Part shown: positions 63,675-64,000 of the stretch, piece after piece
How positions within the stretch are numbered: position 1 is the first letter of the stretch
Layout of the letters: each line of letters opens with the position of its first letter
NCBI GenBank assembly: GCA_028826165.1
Contig: JAPDFW010000078.1
Location: forward strand, 310,001-374,000
DNA length: 64,000 nucleotides
Direction: 5' to 3'
Source: Anaeramoeba ignava BMAN
Lineage: Eukaryota; Protista; Anaeramoebae
Notes under the pieces: generated by a model
Seen by the model: the letters and a program-made list of their open reading frames with translations, nothing else
The model's database searches: none
What the model was told of the DNA's origin: nothing
Made by a program: the position numbers and the translations under genes

Positions 63675-64000
63675 GTAAATAATAATTTATTAAAAAAAAA
63701 GAATTTGAAACAAAAACAAATTTTAAATTTTCTTTTTTTTTTTGATTTTTTAAAATCAATTAATTTTAATTTTAATTTTAAAATTTTTTAAATTTTTATA
63801 AAATAATATTTTTTTTAATCAAAATCAAAATGATATTTTAAAAGAAAAAAAAGAAAATAATTTAAGAATTAATAAATTTTTATTTTATGAAATTTAAAAT
63901 TAAAAAATTTTTTAAATTTAAAAAGAATTATTATAAAATAAAATAAATGAAAATTAATTAAAATAAAATAATTTTTAAAGAATTTCTTATTCTAATTATT

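Noticed and set aside
1-64000. tRNA/rRNA genes, transposase or reverse-transcriptase ORFs, inteins, alternative genetic code
   Set aside because: None recognised; conserved genes end at TAA/TGA and have no in-frame stops once spliced.

Overview
Extremely AT-rich eukaryotic (protist-like) genomic DNA using the standard code, with spliceosomal introns. Its style (ANK-BTB and RCC1-BTB expansions, N/Q/E tracts, satellite-filled introns) resembles an anaerobic amoeba such as Anaeramoeba; that is an inference only. Bases 1-36.1 kb are gene dense: the 3' end of an Rh/Amt ammonium transporter, two ankyrin-BTB paralogues (one frameshifted), golgin-84, a homeobox gene, a TMX3-like PDI, RPS29, an RCC1-BTB protein, an ankyrin-DHHC palmitoyltransferase carrying an AT-AC (U12-type) intron, and two proteins with repeated PH-like modules. 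Most long low-complexity ORFs in the track are microsatellite-filled introns or intergenic repeats. Bases 36-44 kb hold satellites and decayed coding-like sequence. A multi-exon BTB/ARM gene starts at 44003. The main discovery lies in the apparently empty 46.5-64 kb region: isolated 96-nt exons each encoding one ankyrin repeat minus its beta-hairpin tip, interspersed with at least 13 single-codon microexon candidates (AG-NNN-GTAA, all on the + strand). This suggests a splicing-diversified ankyrin-repeat receptor/adaptor gene that runs off the right edge. All gene models were read by eye and have no transcript support.
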